Assembly (NCBI GenBank): GCA_002633005.1
Contig: NMRA01000144.1
Span: forward strand, 778,485 to 842,484
Direction: 5' to 3'
Length of the DNA stretch: 64,000 bases
From: Phoronis australis
Lineage: Eukaryota > Animalia > Phoronida
Shown piece after piece: positions 31,501 through 45,800 of this stretch. Under the pieces are notes generated by a model, which worked only from the letters and a program-made list of their open reading frames with translations, was not told where the DNA came from and did not search any database. The stretch's first letter is position 1, and each line of letters begins with the position of its first letter. A program made the position numbers and the translations under genes.

Positions 31501-34500
31501 CTAGCCTATTTTGTATTCTACACAAAATGTTTGGGCTCTCTCGCACCAAGGTTAAGAATTTTAAAGCCATCTAAAACAGTGTGAACCTATTCTACCCATC
31601 CCCAGTCTCTTTCATGGTTGTTTGGCCCATGGCGTGTGATTTGTAATATGATTTCTTGACCATCAGATCGATCTGAATCTGCATACGCGCATAAAAATAA
31701 ATTGATTTTATTCACGAGCGGACGGCACTGCTATCGGGCTGATGTGAACATAGAACAGATAAAATTTCAACAGCAGTACCAGGAATAATCTCGGGACAAA
31801 CCACTTTTATAAAAAAGCATAGTTAGCCTCAAAGAAGCTAACACACTAATGTAGCCAGCTACTTGAACAGTCACTTGCGTGTGGTGGTGTTTTGCGGTTA
31901 GAACTATGTAGGCTCTACTTCGGTTAAATTGTGATCTGGCCTGCTGCTATATGTTTCGGAATAGTTCAAACAATTCTAAACTTTTTGTGATTGAATATAA
32001 CCCTGTCGCATATACCAACAGTTTTATAATTGTAATATACTGCAGTCGCGTCATCTGTTTGGTTTGCAGTTTAACGTGAAGACGTTGAGCACCAATGCAT
32101 ATTGCAAATAATCATGACAAATATATATATTTCCTATCGCAAAGTTTGGTGAGTCGATTCTGTTCAGAGTCAGTAACATCGCCGTTTATGTTTTTGAGGA
32201 CATCGTGTGAATTTCTTGTCAGTAATAACGATCACATATCTGCGCTGCTGTTCAAATGGTGTAAAACCGCAAATCAAAACGTCAGCACCCGACCACACAA
32301 ATTCTAAGATTTCGGACACCATCGAATTGCCGTCTTTCTCCTATTTCTCGGAGTTCAGACGGCCAATATTGCATATTTCTAAAATTTAGGACAGGTTCAA
32401 AATATTTATTTTTTCACTGTCTTAAATTCCAGAATTTTTACTGCAACAAGATAGTTATACATTGATTTGCACATCTCTAAAATGAGTTGAAAAAACTGTT
32501 ACACTTAGTTAAACCTGTGAACACCAGGAAGTACGTAGTGCGCGTTGTGAAATAAATGCATAAGTAAAGAGTGCTGTACCATGTTACATATTGCATATTG
32601 ATTTATGAAGAAAACTATTGGTGTTAATGTTGAAACCTGATGCCACTTGTCACACTTAGTACATTTTTCTTGCTTTTGTATCATACCACAATATTTGTAA
32701 TATATTTATTAGCGTTTTTTCACTTGTATTTCAAATGGCTCGAATAGAGAAACAGTTTGGCAAGACTGTTGTCTGCTACCAATAGTCTGCAGCCAACTGC
32801 TGATGTGGCTTCAACTATCTGATTTTGTTTTCTAGATGTGAAAAGCCAGCTGCCAGTGGTCAAAGAGCACCAGATCAAAAGGCTTCTGTAGCTCAGAATA
32901 ATTTAGAAGTGAAATCTGCTAAAACTACAGAGGGCAGCAGTGTCGGGCAAATAACCAATCAAAACTCTGCCTCCACAACAGTGACACCTACCAGGAAGTC
33001 TACTGGTCCCAATGTTTTGCCAAAGTTGCCAAATATCACAGAGAATGGGAAAAGCCTTCTCTACGGACGAATTCATTCGCTGAGTGTATCATGTGACAAG
33101 CCAGATGTCATCCAGTTCTACCATTGTGCTGTAGCTGAAGGTAAATATTTATGATGAAATTTGAGACTGACTGTAATATTTTTTAAAATGACATGATCCT
33201 TGTATTCCAAACTATCAGCTGAGTTATGAGTATGTCCCATTTTTTAATATTTGGCTGATAGTACAAAAACTATGAACTGGCATTCAAAACTCATTTTAGG
33301 TACGGTAAAAATTCACAAATTTAGGACAGTCCCGAATTTTGCACACCTAAATCCAACCCCTAAGTGAATTTTTTTGATTCTGAAATTTGGGACACAGTCA
33401 AATTCGGCATTCACCATAATTTTCATATTTCGGACAGTGTGCTTTTTCGCATGATCAGGGGCTGAATGTAAATCGCTCAAGGCGTGTTACACAACAAATA
33501 TATTTCCTATCACAAAGTTTGGTAAGTCGATTGTGTTCAGAGTCAGTAACATCGCTGGTTATGTTTTTGAGGACACCGTGTGAATTTCTTGTCAGCAATA
33601 ACGATCACAAATCTGCATGGCTGTTCAGATTGAAAGTTGGCACCCGACCACATAATTCTAAGATTTCAGACAGAGAAGTGTGGCAGTAAATACCCGTGCA
33701 AAATGGTGGCTTGGCAGTACCAGATATAAACGTTACCTATAACTCATTGTTAGCAATATGGGTTCAGCGTTATGTAGAAGGAGAAAACAAATACTGGAAA
33801 GCCTTTCCAAATTTCTTTTTTAGGAGGTATGGGTGTGCTTTGATTTTTAAATCAAAATTTTCTGCCAAGTTGTTGAATTTAGATGATACCACAAACTTTT
33901 ATTGTGACTTGTTGATTGCATGGGAAAATGTTAGCGTTGTCTTACACAGCGAAATTGATATTATTAGTCAGGTAATATGGAACACTAGAAATGCAAATCT
34001 GTGTTTTTCAGTGGGTTCTACAAGACTGGTATAGTTTATGTAAAAGATATTATTAGATGTTCAAAACAAGTTTTTGTCTTGGGAAGTTATGAAACAAAGA
34101 TACAAATTTTCTGGTTGGTTACAATACTATGCCTTGAACTATGCCTTGATGAAGGCACTTAAGTAACCTAATAGAATGAACACTTCCAAGACAAATTAAT
34201 GGACGACTTTCAGTACAGCCAGATTAATACGCAATCAACGAAAAATTACTTTTCACATAAAACGATTTAACAACCTGATGTAGATCACAGTTTAAGTGAA
34301 ATTTATTCAGAACAACAAATTGGAAAGATTTACGCGTTGCCATTCAGACTTGTACTCCTTCCAAAAGTTAAAATTTATAAATATTATGTGCATAGAAAAG
34401 TTTACACAAAGTATCTCTTGAAAAAGATGAAGATTATACGAGATGATAGTTATTTGCAATGTCCTGTAATGCTGTTGAAACTTTTGATCATTTGTGTTTT

Positions 34501-37500
34501 GTTATTGTTCACTAATGTACAGGCGCTGTGGTCCAAAGTTCAAGCTTTGTTAAGTGATGTAACTAAACAAACCATAGATTTAGTAAAGAATAGCATTTAA
34601 ATGCGTATTTTGGACCTAATTTTGAGGAGATTGATAATGTACTAACTTTATGCCTGTACTTTATATTTCAATCATCTTTGGACCACAGCAAGCCTACTTA
34701 TGAAAAATTTTTATATTCCTTGTATTATTATATCAAAGTTAGACGAAAGCTGATCATCAGTTTTAAAAAAAAACCTGAATTTCATCTTTTGGGAAGCCCT
34801 GTGAAAATACTTAGACATATATTTACTCGCACATGTATAATTTTGGAAGTAACACGTACATTAAGAGTGTGTGGGTGTATGAATATTGTATGAATGTTGT
34901 ATGAATGTTGTGCCTTTTCCATTACTAGATAGTTATTAGTTACCATTTGCTGTTACTTTCCTTCTTTTGAGGAATAAAACATTTACTTATTCAAAAAGAA
35001 GATTTCAGACACTGTAGTTTTGCCGTCTTTCTCATATTTCTCGTTTTCGGACAGCCAATATTGCCTATTTCTAAAATTTAGGATAGGTTCAAAAAATTTA
35101 TTTTTCACTGTCCTAAATTCGGGAATTTTTACCGTACTTTCGTAGAAGAGGTATACAGGACAAATGTCTCTCCGAAAACTGGAGGAGTGACTTTTTCATG
35201 ACCAGTTTCCTATATAAGTGTCATTTCTGACAAAATTTCCAACAAAACATTAGTCCAATTTGATTTCCTACAAAAGTGTTCTCTTTGAGAGTTCAAAATT
35301 CTGCAAAAGTTTCATTTTCAAAGTACAAAATCTGTAAAAGGGTTTTTGATATCATCGGTGTTTTTAAAACTGTGGTTGGAAAAGATGTACTCAACATGCC
35401 GTCTCAGTGTACTGTTCTGGGTTTAATGGGGAAAAGCGAGGATCCTGTAGTCAAAAGGGTTTATGAAATTAACCCCTATAAAAGTTTGGTGAAATGGTGA
35501 CCTTTTTCTTGGAAGCTCCTTACAAATCGGTGTCTCTTTTTTAGGAGTCCATTATCTAAACTGATGGGTGGCTCTCCTGTTTTTCTAGCCCTTCAATGAG
35601 TACCCTGCAGGCTTCTTTGCCAGGGTACTCAGATTATCGAGCCTGTTTTTCTGAAATGAGTTAACAATATTTGAAAATAGTAAGACTACCACATTTGTCT
35701 CTTTTTGTAAAAATTTGTGTCTCAGTTTATGTAATCTGTAAGTCAGTGAAATTAATTAGGCTGGTTTTCTTCCGCAGTCAAAGAACTATGATGTGAGATA
35801 AGAAACAACTATGCCTTAGTGAGATAACCAACAACTACCGGTATGCTTTTGTGAGATATAAGCTAGGACAGTAACTTGTTACATTGTTAGAAACCTACTT
35901 TAGATATTCTGTAATCAGTTACCATAGCACACTCAGACCTAAAAGAGATTATGTACATAATTATGGTATTTGGAAGCAATGGTCCTGAAGCTAAAATGCT
36001 GTGGACTAATTGACATCGATTTAAGAACAGTTTTCAAAAGATTGTATGACAAATTATTTGACACATAATATGTCTTCAGGAACTGAAAATAGGGTTGAGT
36101 GACATTTTGTAATTAACTTTATTGACTAGGTAGGTCAGGGCCTGCTTGAACTTGGAGGACTAACCATGGTTGCGTTCAAACCTGCAAGAAACGCAGCATC
36201 ACATGAGACTTGTCGAGATATCAACATAGTGATGTAAAAGCAAAGCATGTGCTTGCATTAGCTTTTTCTCAAAGTAAATTCCTACTTGTGATGCCGACCG
36301 ATTTTGAACGCAAAACTATTAAACCACATTGCAGACTTAATAAAAAATTTGCAGTTGACCTGATTATGGATTTGTGTCAAATTGAACTGTAGTTATTACG
36401 TTTTTCAAGGTGCAAGATAACGTTCTGAGTTCACAGGAACATTACGGGTTTTCTTTCTGATATTTTCTTGTGAATCATATTAAATTATCCCACTGCACAG
36501 CATTAGCAATTTGATGACATGGTGGCCATAAAGAATTTATAAAAAACTGGGACTTCATTTTACCCCCATACAGAAGCACAGAACACTGCCTACCAATTTA
36601 ACTCATGGCCATCTAACAACCAAGTGTATCTCATTGTGTTGCTGTTATACGGGAACATGAATATTTACTGCACGTTGGACAATTGCAAATTTGACCTTCG
36701 TCTGATCTCTCCACAAAAATAGACCCTGAGAATACTTCATCGTTGTCACGGTGTTCTCTCCAGTTGTACAGTTGAACTTGTGTGGCCCTACAGAAAATTT
36801 GAAAAATGGGAATTTTTGCTTTTTGTTTCTAATGAAAGATCACTATTTTATAGACTGTTTTCTGTCAGAATCGAGAATGAGAAGTAATTTTTGAGGCTTT
36901 GTGCACCATCCTTCTGGTTTACCCTAATTCATCACCTGCATAACATTCAATATAGCAGCAGGTGAAATTTTGTCAAATTTCGCAACAACATGACTGAGAA
37001 AATTTTAGGCTGTTTTAACGATTACATTTGGCAAAAGATTCCATTCCTTGTTGTGAGGACTGTCATTAAAAACAGAAAAGTGACTTTGAAGATGAATGGC
37101 AATCATTTTTGTGTAAACTATAAGTGAAAAATTACTGTACATTGTGACTGCCGTGTCGGTTTCTCTAATTGTTATCTCTGCAGTGAAATCCAGGGGTTTT
37201 AGTCATGATTGTCATCAAATTGATTTTACTTATACCTAATTACTTTCATCTTCTGACTCGCATTCTTATGACGTCAATATTGACAGAATAGTCCGACTGT
37301 TGTCTTGTTATGTCATTACTAAAGAGCTGGAGAGGTTGCCTGTGTGTGTGCAATGACTTAGCAGTATTAACATCGTCCTATTTTTAACATGGATAGCAAT
37401 TATCGAGAAACAGAAGATTGAAGTACCATAGATATCTCCTTAGCAATGTCCAATGACAATGTGTATTTGAGTATATGTATATAAATATATATGTAATTAG

Positions 37501-40500
37501 TGAATGTAGTTGATACTTGGTACAGGACTTGCTTGCTTGATATTTGAGTTGAGGATTTTTAGATTAGTTTTCATGGAGTATGTTTTTGACTTCCAGGTTG
37601 GTTTCAGCGTGGCATACACTTGACGGGCCTTGTTAATACAGACCTTGATATCTTCCTCTGTTTCACCCTTAATGCTGATAGGTGAAGGACTGGACATCTA
37701 GCTCTTTCACGGCCACTGAGATTCTATGATTTTGCGCGGCATTTATGCGCGTCATCTTGGTTGTCTTGGCATTGATGTGCAGGCACATTACGGCGTTTTC
37801 TCGTTGAGCCTAAATTGTCCGATTATATAATCCAACAACAAGTTGGGAGGATGACCGCTGTACCCAGTATCGTACACGAATGATTAACTCTATTCTGGCA
37901 TTTATGGTTGGAGGGCCAGCCCTCTTTTGTTCGATATTTGCTCTAATGTTCGATAAGATCGTATCTAGCCTGACTGCAATTTCATTTCTTGTCAAAATGT
38001 ATTTTAAATTCTACCCTCTCCCTTATTCAGATTCCTGTAAGGAACGCACTCAGCTATTTCAAAGTGCATATTCCAAACTTGGCCAGAAATGTGCCGAAAG
38101 TGGCTTCAACTTGAAGGTCACTGACCTGAACTGGAGGTCAAGCTTCAATCTTCAACAACAGGTGTCAGGCATGTGCCTCAAAGAAATCCAATGTTGCCAA
38201 GATTCTGCGTGTAAGGTGTTCTTTGTGGTAAGTGTACATTTTTTCCTTTATGCTCAACTTCTGGCTCAAAAAATATAAATTTCTGAATTGTCCAAAAGGT
38301 AGAAAAGGTGTAGGACAGAGTTCCTCTTTCATGCCCACCCCCCCCCCTCATTTTGGGTCCTTCACTTAAAATATGTGGTTCCTCATCAGCTCTTAACCAA
38401 CAAGTGCCAAATGCATAATTTCGCATACCATGATCACAATGAGGGCAATTCCTAGCTGTTACTAGGAAATAGAAGTACTAAGACTCCTAAATAATCTGTT
38501 ACATTTCTAAGCTTTTACTGATTTAGTCCAAACAAATTATGGTATTTTCATTTCACAGCAAAGCTTGGTGGGTTTCAGCTGATTTAGTGCACACTTTATT
38601 GCCCCAAATCTAATGTACTGTGTATAACCTATTGTCCAGCTTAGCAGAAGACAGTCAATTGACTTTCAGAGTATTACTTTCTCAGGTCTAGAGGTCATTC
38701 CTAATTGTTGCTATTGTGGGATGTTGAACTGAAAGCAAATACACTATTCCAAGGATTTACAAATGGTGGTCATAATTAACAATACCACATAGTTTAATTC
38801 TTTTGATGTACAACTAAACTACATTTATTTACAAATAGAAACTTCACACGTTGACCAAATTAGATGTCAATAATTTTAAGGCAGCACTCCTCTCCTAGTC
38901 ATGTTGAACTACTTTATTCGAGGATTAACAGGTTAACAGGAAAAACTGCTATTCGGTAGTTAGGTGGTGATGAAACATGAAGACTAACTTATGACTAGCT
39001 TCAAGGGGAATGAGAAAATCTAAGCAACAGATGAAGTGGTTCGGTAAGCGAGAGCTGACTTCTAAGTTTCCATCAAAATCTGCCATTGTCTTGGCATTTC
39101 AAGCTCACAAATAAAAGCAAAAGATAGCAATCCCTCAGGAAACAAAACAAAAGTAGACTGTAGTATTATAAATAAAATGCCGAAAACAGTTATGAAACAC
39201 ATTTCAAACCAACGATCATTTGGGAAAGGCCCTTTATCAAGATGAACCCAATTTAAGGCCTACCATTTTTATGCGCCCACATATTTATGTGTGGACGCAT
39301 TATGCTGTCATCTTCGTCCGTCCGTCCGTCCGTCCGCCCGGGCGGCGTCCGCTGCTCTATCTCCAAAACCCTTTGACATACGTTCATGAAATTTGGCACA
39401 TATGTTCCATTTATGAATCGGACGGCATGTGCGAACTTTCGGACGGATCCGACTACCGGTGTGCCCCCCTAGTGGCAATTTTAGTTTTTTACGCTAACCT
39501 TTGTATCTTCAAAAGTTTTGAATGGATTTTCATGAAATTTGGTATGTAGGCACCTATTAGTGAGATGACGCTATCCTCGTGTTTTCGGATGGATTCGACA
39601 TAGTTTGCGCCACCTAGTGGCCATTTTTAGTGTTTTCGAGTCTGTTTTTGTGCGTCCACCCCTCTATCAACCAAACCGCTCAAAGGATGATTGTGAAAAT
39701 TGGCATGTATATGCTTACTATGTAGAGCACGGTTGACGATGATTTTCCGAGGATTTCGACTACTGTGGCGCCTCCTAGTGGCCGTTTTGTTTTTTTTTTG
39801 CGCCTATGGCTGTATCTCCTAAACCGTTCTCAGGATCTTTACGAAATTGGGTAAGTGTATTTATATGATGTTAAAAACGGAAGATTACGACTTTTGGACG
39901 GATCCGCCTACCAGTGTGCCCCCTAGTGGCAATTTTATTTTTTACGTTTACCTCTGTATCTTCACAAGTCCTTAACGGATTTTCATGAAATTTGGTATGT
40001 AGGCACCTATTAGTGCGATGACGCTCTCCTCCCGTTTTCGGATGGATTCGACCTAGTTTGCGACATCCAGTGGCCATTTTTACTGTTTTTGAGTCTGTTT
40101 TTTGGCGTCCACCCCTCTATCAACCAAACCGCTATAAGTATGATTGTGAAAATTGGCTTGTATGTTCTTACTATGAAGAGGACGATTGACGCTGAATTTC
40201 CCATGACTTTGATTACTGTGGCACCTCCTAGTCTCAGTTTTTTTTTGCGCCCATGGCTGTATCTCCCAAACCGTTTGCAGGATCTTTACTAAATTTAGCA
40301 AGTGTATTTCTGTGACGGACGATGACGACTTTAGGATGATTCTGACTACCGGTATGCCTCTAGTGGCAATTTTAGTATTTTACATTGACCTCTGTATTTT
40401 CATAGGTCTTCAGGTGTATACTTTGTGTTTCTTCGTGACTATGAAGGAAAAGTTCCAAGTAGAAATTTGTTTCTGGCATTCTAATGCTGTGCTAATCTCG

Positions 40501-42865
40501 TATGTTGGTAAATTTGTTTTTAATTCTATGTTTCTGTGGTGCTTTAAGCAACTGATGTATAGGATGTGCTTGTATTATGAAGATCACTCACATTTTGCCC
40601 CTAGCCTATTGAGGAGACAATGACCATGCCTTTCCATTTTGCAAAGTACAACATACTACATATATGCCCTCTACTGGCCACTTTATGGTACCAATAAACA
40701 ACCCTAGAAGGATACCGTATACGGTGCAATTGTGGGCGCATTTCAACGCTCTGCGTTGCTCTTGTTAATTATTTTGTAATATCAAAAATGTCACCTAACT
40801 CGTATTTCCGACATTTCAAGCTGTGACTGTGGAGGTATAATAAAAACCACAACTATTGAGAAAGTAGTGTTAGCGACTATTGAGAAAGTAGTGTTAGCGA
40901 TTACCTTTCCGCTTCATTAGCTTGGATACAAAAGTTACTTTCATACTAACAAGTACTCCGTTATGAGTGGAGCATCGACGTAAACTGCGAAGGTAATTGA
41001 ATCATTCATACCAGCTTCAGTAGTTTACGGTGTCGAAGTAAAGGGTAGGTGACACTGTCATCTACGAAGCAATCGCAAGGTTAAACGCTGATGCATCCTG
41101 TGCATGCTAATTTTTTTTTTTTAAATATGTGTGCTAATTGACGTAAAACTTGTTTTCAATTCGATTGGTGATTATTCGAGTAAAATATAAGCAACTATTA
41201 ATGACAACACTCCCCTTTAATTGTTGACGATAGCAGTGGCTCCTGGCAATTATACTTCGATGAGACCGAAGTTGACCGTTCATACCACACCGCTGTTAAA
41301 TCCACCTCATTGCGAAGTTAGGCTCTGTTAACCTCGATACAGATCTGAAGTTGGCCGATCATACTGACCGCAACTCCCCAAACGTCAGCATTAGCACTCA
41401 AGGGCCTTAAGGGCATGCTGAACAGGCATCATAAAAGTTGTGTGAGAGTAAAGGGGATCTCAGCACTGATCAGTTTAAGCAAGAAATGCTCCATATGCGG
41501 TGATCTTGTTCACCAAGCAGTAATTGATTTAACCATTCATATATTCCTCTGATTCCTTGACACAAGTTGCAGTAAAGGAGAAGATGGGTGATCATGAGGC
41601 CAGTAAAGACAAAAATTCTTTACAGTGAATAAAAATTTTTACTTGATTGCCCAAATGAATATTCAATTCCAAGTTCACGCATACACGATCTTGAGATTAA
41701 ACAGGATTCCAAGTTTGTGCACAGCAGAACAATTATATCGTGCATACTATAATAGGGGCAGAGCGAATCCTTAAATGTCATAATTTATGGTGAATAACCT
41801 CAATGAGGAAGTATGTGCTTTTAGTCAAATTATCAAAAGACTTCCAAAATTGTACTGAGAAAAGGTACGTATTTTCTGAAATTAGAAAGACTGTAGAATT
41901 GAGTTTTTTACTTAACCCAAATCTTTATTTACGTGACCATGTTTTCTTTTACTTAAATTTAGCAAAAAACAATGTTTCAGGAAAGATAAAGCATTTATCA
42001 GCATGGCCAAATTTCATTTCACAACCATGAACAAATCTCAAAATCACTTTTCCAATTGTCCTTTTTTCTTTTTTGCAGCTTTTAAGGTGAAAACCGATAT
42101 TTTCATACAAATCATGAAAGCCTCAATTTTGGCGGAGTTTTATTCAAAAAACAAGCCTGTTTATCAGCAGCCTGGATAACAACATTGATAGCATAGTATC
42201 TGAAAGTTTCATTTGAATCCGATTTGCTGTTGTTGAAATATGGCATTGGCAAAACTTTGAAATTTTCATCACTCATAACCATTAGCTAAACATCTACTTT
42301 TATCTCGCAGGTAAAGGAGATAATATTGAAATTATGTACAGTGTAAACAGCAGTACTGTTAACGTGTAGGCAAATTTGGATTTAAAATTTCCCGGCCACT
42401 TAGAAATCAAAGTGATGTGACATTCAATGGCCAATCACAAAAGAAACACACGAGATTGTTAATTTTGATATATTTCATTTAAAATGAAACGTTTTTACAA
42501 ACATAACTCACTTCTTGAGCAAAGTTGAGGATAGCACACTAGGTTTTACAAATATGGCACATGAGTATCTTTTTCAAAATCACTGTGAAGACAGAATGTA
42601 CACGATATAATAAAAATTCAATACTTATTAAAGTGCCTTCTTAATACGGACATACACATAAAAATAGAAAAGCTGGTATTGTCAAGCTGCATAAGCTGTC
42701 TATCCTGTCCAAAATGACGAGGGACCATTATCCTAAATGCAGTGTCACACCTCATAAACAAAAAGATTTCTACTAGGGCTGCTACGCAGTTACTAACAAT
42801 GTTCCACTGGAAGAAGTTAAACTAACACTTCATATGGAGACTTGCATGTCTGTTATAATATATAC

Positions 42866-42896
<31 letters not shown>

Positions 42897-45800
42897 TATA
42901 TATATATGAAATAAAATATCAACAAATTAAATACTACAGAACACAAATATACGGCAGGACATCCAGTCCTGGAATAATCATGCCTCTAAATGTCCCATAA
43001 AATACATTACATTCAACACCGAGTACACAAATCAGGTAAGCAAGCTTAAAGTAGCTTGGTCTACAAAATATGGTTCACAGTAAGAAGACCTGGGTCAACA
43101 CTATATCAGATCATTTTTCATCGAATCTATAGAGAATCGAAAGGACACATTTTTGTCTGCGATGCCAGGAAACGGTGGGTATTTAAGCCCAGGGCTTTTG
43201 TTTCATGAAAGTTTAAGTCTAAAAACGTTTCAGTACTGTTCAACACTGTGCAATGTGACGTGATAGAATGATAGTATTGTTATTTTGGTCTAAGTTAAGA
43301 CTAAAATAGTTTTGTGAAACAGAGCATTAATATATACATAATAATACCTCATGTGATTTATGCTGGTATTACTGACCACCAAGTAATATGATCTGCACTT
43401 TAGACATCTGTAATTATGTAAGAGTCAACCCATAGGCTATTACAATCTAGGGTCAAACATACAGTGCTATTGTGTTCTGAGCAGGTTTTCACGAGGAAAT
43501 TTTAGGTTTGTTTGGTACTGTAATTTTGAGTGAAATAAGGTTTACTGTGTTAATGGAAAGTTCCAAGATTTGGAAATCGGAAATTAATAATCTTGTTAAA
43601 ATAATTTAGACACTATTGATAAACTGAGGTAATTTAGGTACCTAAATGTGCAGAGTTAGCCCCAGTGATTTTACAGGACACTCTTTTTAAAACTTTGGCA
43701 TATTCTTGTTGTTTACTAGTAGCCTGGGTAGTGTTAGCTCCTGGTATCCTGTGGCAAACAAGCCTACCTATCCAGCAAATGATGATTGTTAGATTGGAGT
43801 GACTGTCGTAGACACCATCGCACTAAAATAAACAATAAATATACTAAAATAGTAAAATTAAAATAAAACTACGTTATGCCTTTTTTGATCTTGGAAGCAC
43901 ACGGGTGTGGATTTCGTTGACGAAACTACTCGTCATCAGGCGATCCTGGGAAACGGACAATGTAGCAATCAGGTGTAACAACCTCATCGATTACTGCATC
44001 CGCCCATCTGCCGGCAGTTCGACCACTGCCTGCATCTTCTTGATGGACGTAAATACCACCATTGTAGCCGTCTATTCAAAGATGATCATGCGTGGACATG
44101 CCCGAGCACAACACTACCTCAATTAATGCGTGGTTGTAATAGTTTCATAAAAATTATGTCAACACAACGAAATATGGAAAAGGATGTGATACTATTCGAC
44201 AAGAATCTTTTCTGTCTTTTAAACATATGTTTTGCTAATTTCTTTAAACTTGTTGAACAGAATGATTTTAACGAGTTGAAAAGTATAGGTAAATATTCAT
44301 TCGCAGTCAGGGCCGGAGCCGAAGTGCTTTGAAAAATGCATCAACAAACAACAAATTCAAAAGTGTAAGGTATGGTTTTGCAGTATTTTTCACCAGGAAT
44401 GACCAGTGACCTCAGACTAAAAGTTAAGAAGTTGTGTTTTTACCACTGAAAACAATTAGGCTGAACTAATAGACATTGATGGTTGAAATGCTTTAATTTG
44501 CAAGATTCTGAAGTTGTTATGTTGGCTAAAGTGTTTGTTTTGAACCTTGTAGATATTTCTTAATGACAAGTATGGTTCGACATGTCCCCTTTCCTTTGCC
44601 TCATCTGATATGGATGGACTTCTGTCATCATTGAGCTCGGAGGATTCAGAGATGGTTGGCCAGTTCTACAAACAAGATCTGAACTGTAGTCCTCCGTCAT
44701 ATGTTCTACAGACACCAGCGGAAGCTGGTGTAGCCGAGGATGACTGGCAGGAAAACATGGACAAACTGATGAAGATATTGCAGCAAGGTCTTTCACAGGA
44801 AATGAGAAATCAATACCTTCTCTCAGGTGATTGTATTTTCCAATTGCATTACAGGCGGTGATTAATAAACGAACCTCTTGTTAACTGTGTCTATTTAGAA
44901 GCTTTTGGTTACCCTTGGTTGGGCTTGTATTTGGGTAATTGATGGTGAGCATAGTTGCTATGGCAATGCTTTATGTATGTAGGTACATAATTATTTATAA
45001 AGTTAATTGTTGTGTCTTATGTGATTGATTTAGTTGATTGATTGAGTGATTTATTTTATTTGTACATACAACACAACAAGCGATGAAGTAATATAAAATA
45101 CAAAGCCGTAAAAACAAAGGATATTTATCTAAAAGATGATGCTGGCGAGGATAACCAAGTTAAATGTGATCCACGGTATGTAGATAATAAAGGCAAATAA
45201 TAGCTGGTAATAGTGTTGAAATAAACTGATAGAAGTGTATAAAAATGATCAAACATTTAATGATAATAAACAAAATAATAGGGGTTGGAATAGGTTCCGT
45301 GGCTGCACATTTACATTCTTGCTGTCATCTCCTGTCCTGTGGACCAGCAAACACCAAACTCGCAGTTCGTACCATACTTCATCCCATATTCCGCGGCCTC
45401 ACTGAAAACACTCACCAGCTAGAGCCCAAACTGTACAGTATACCCGTGGACTACTGCCCTGTTGCATCAACAGTTCGAAGCAGGAATTCAATTAAGTTCA
45501 TTACAGCGTTCTGTCGGTCAGTAACTTTTCCAGACGTGAGTGGTGCTGAACGTGCGATAACATCTGGCTCTTTTGTTAACTGCTCAGCTCTGTCTTTTTT
45601 CCCGTATGATAACAAGCAGGCCAATTATCTCCCAGGCTTCAAAGGAAACGTATGGTGGTTGCACGCTATTACCGAACGCGTATGTACACTCAAACCCAGT
45701 GCGGCGTTGGTAATCCGTTTGGACAGAATAGGTTGTCTTAACTTTTGATCAGCATTTGACGAGGAATTCAGAAATGCTATTGGTTTAAGCTCAAATATGT

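Noticed and set aside
39400-40400. Regularly spaced short repeats as a CRISPR-like array
   Set aside because: The spacers are themselves homologous (satellite monomers), the context is eukaryotic, and there are no cas genes.
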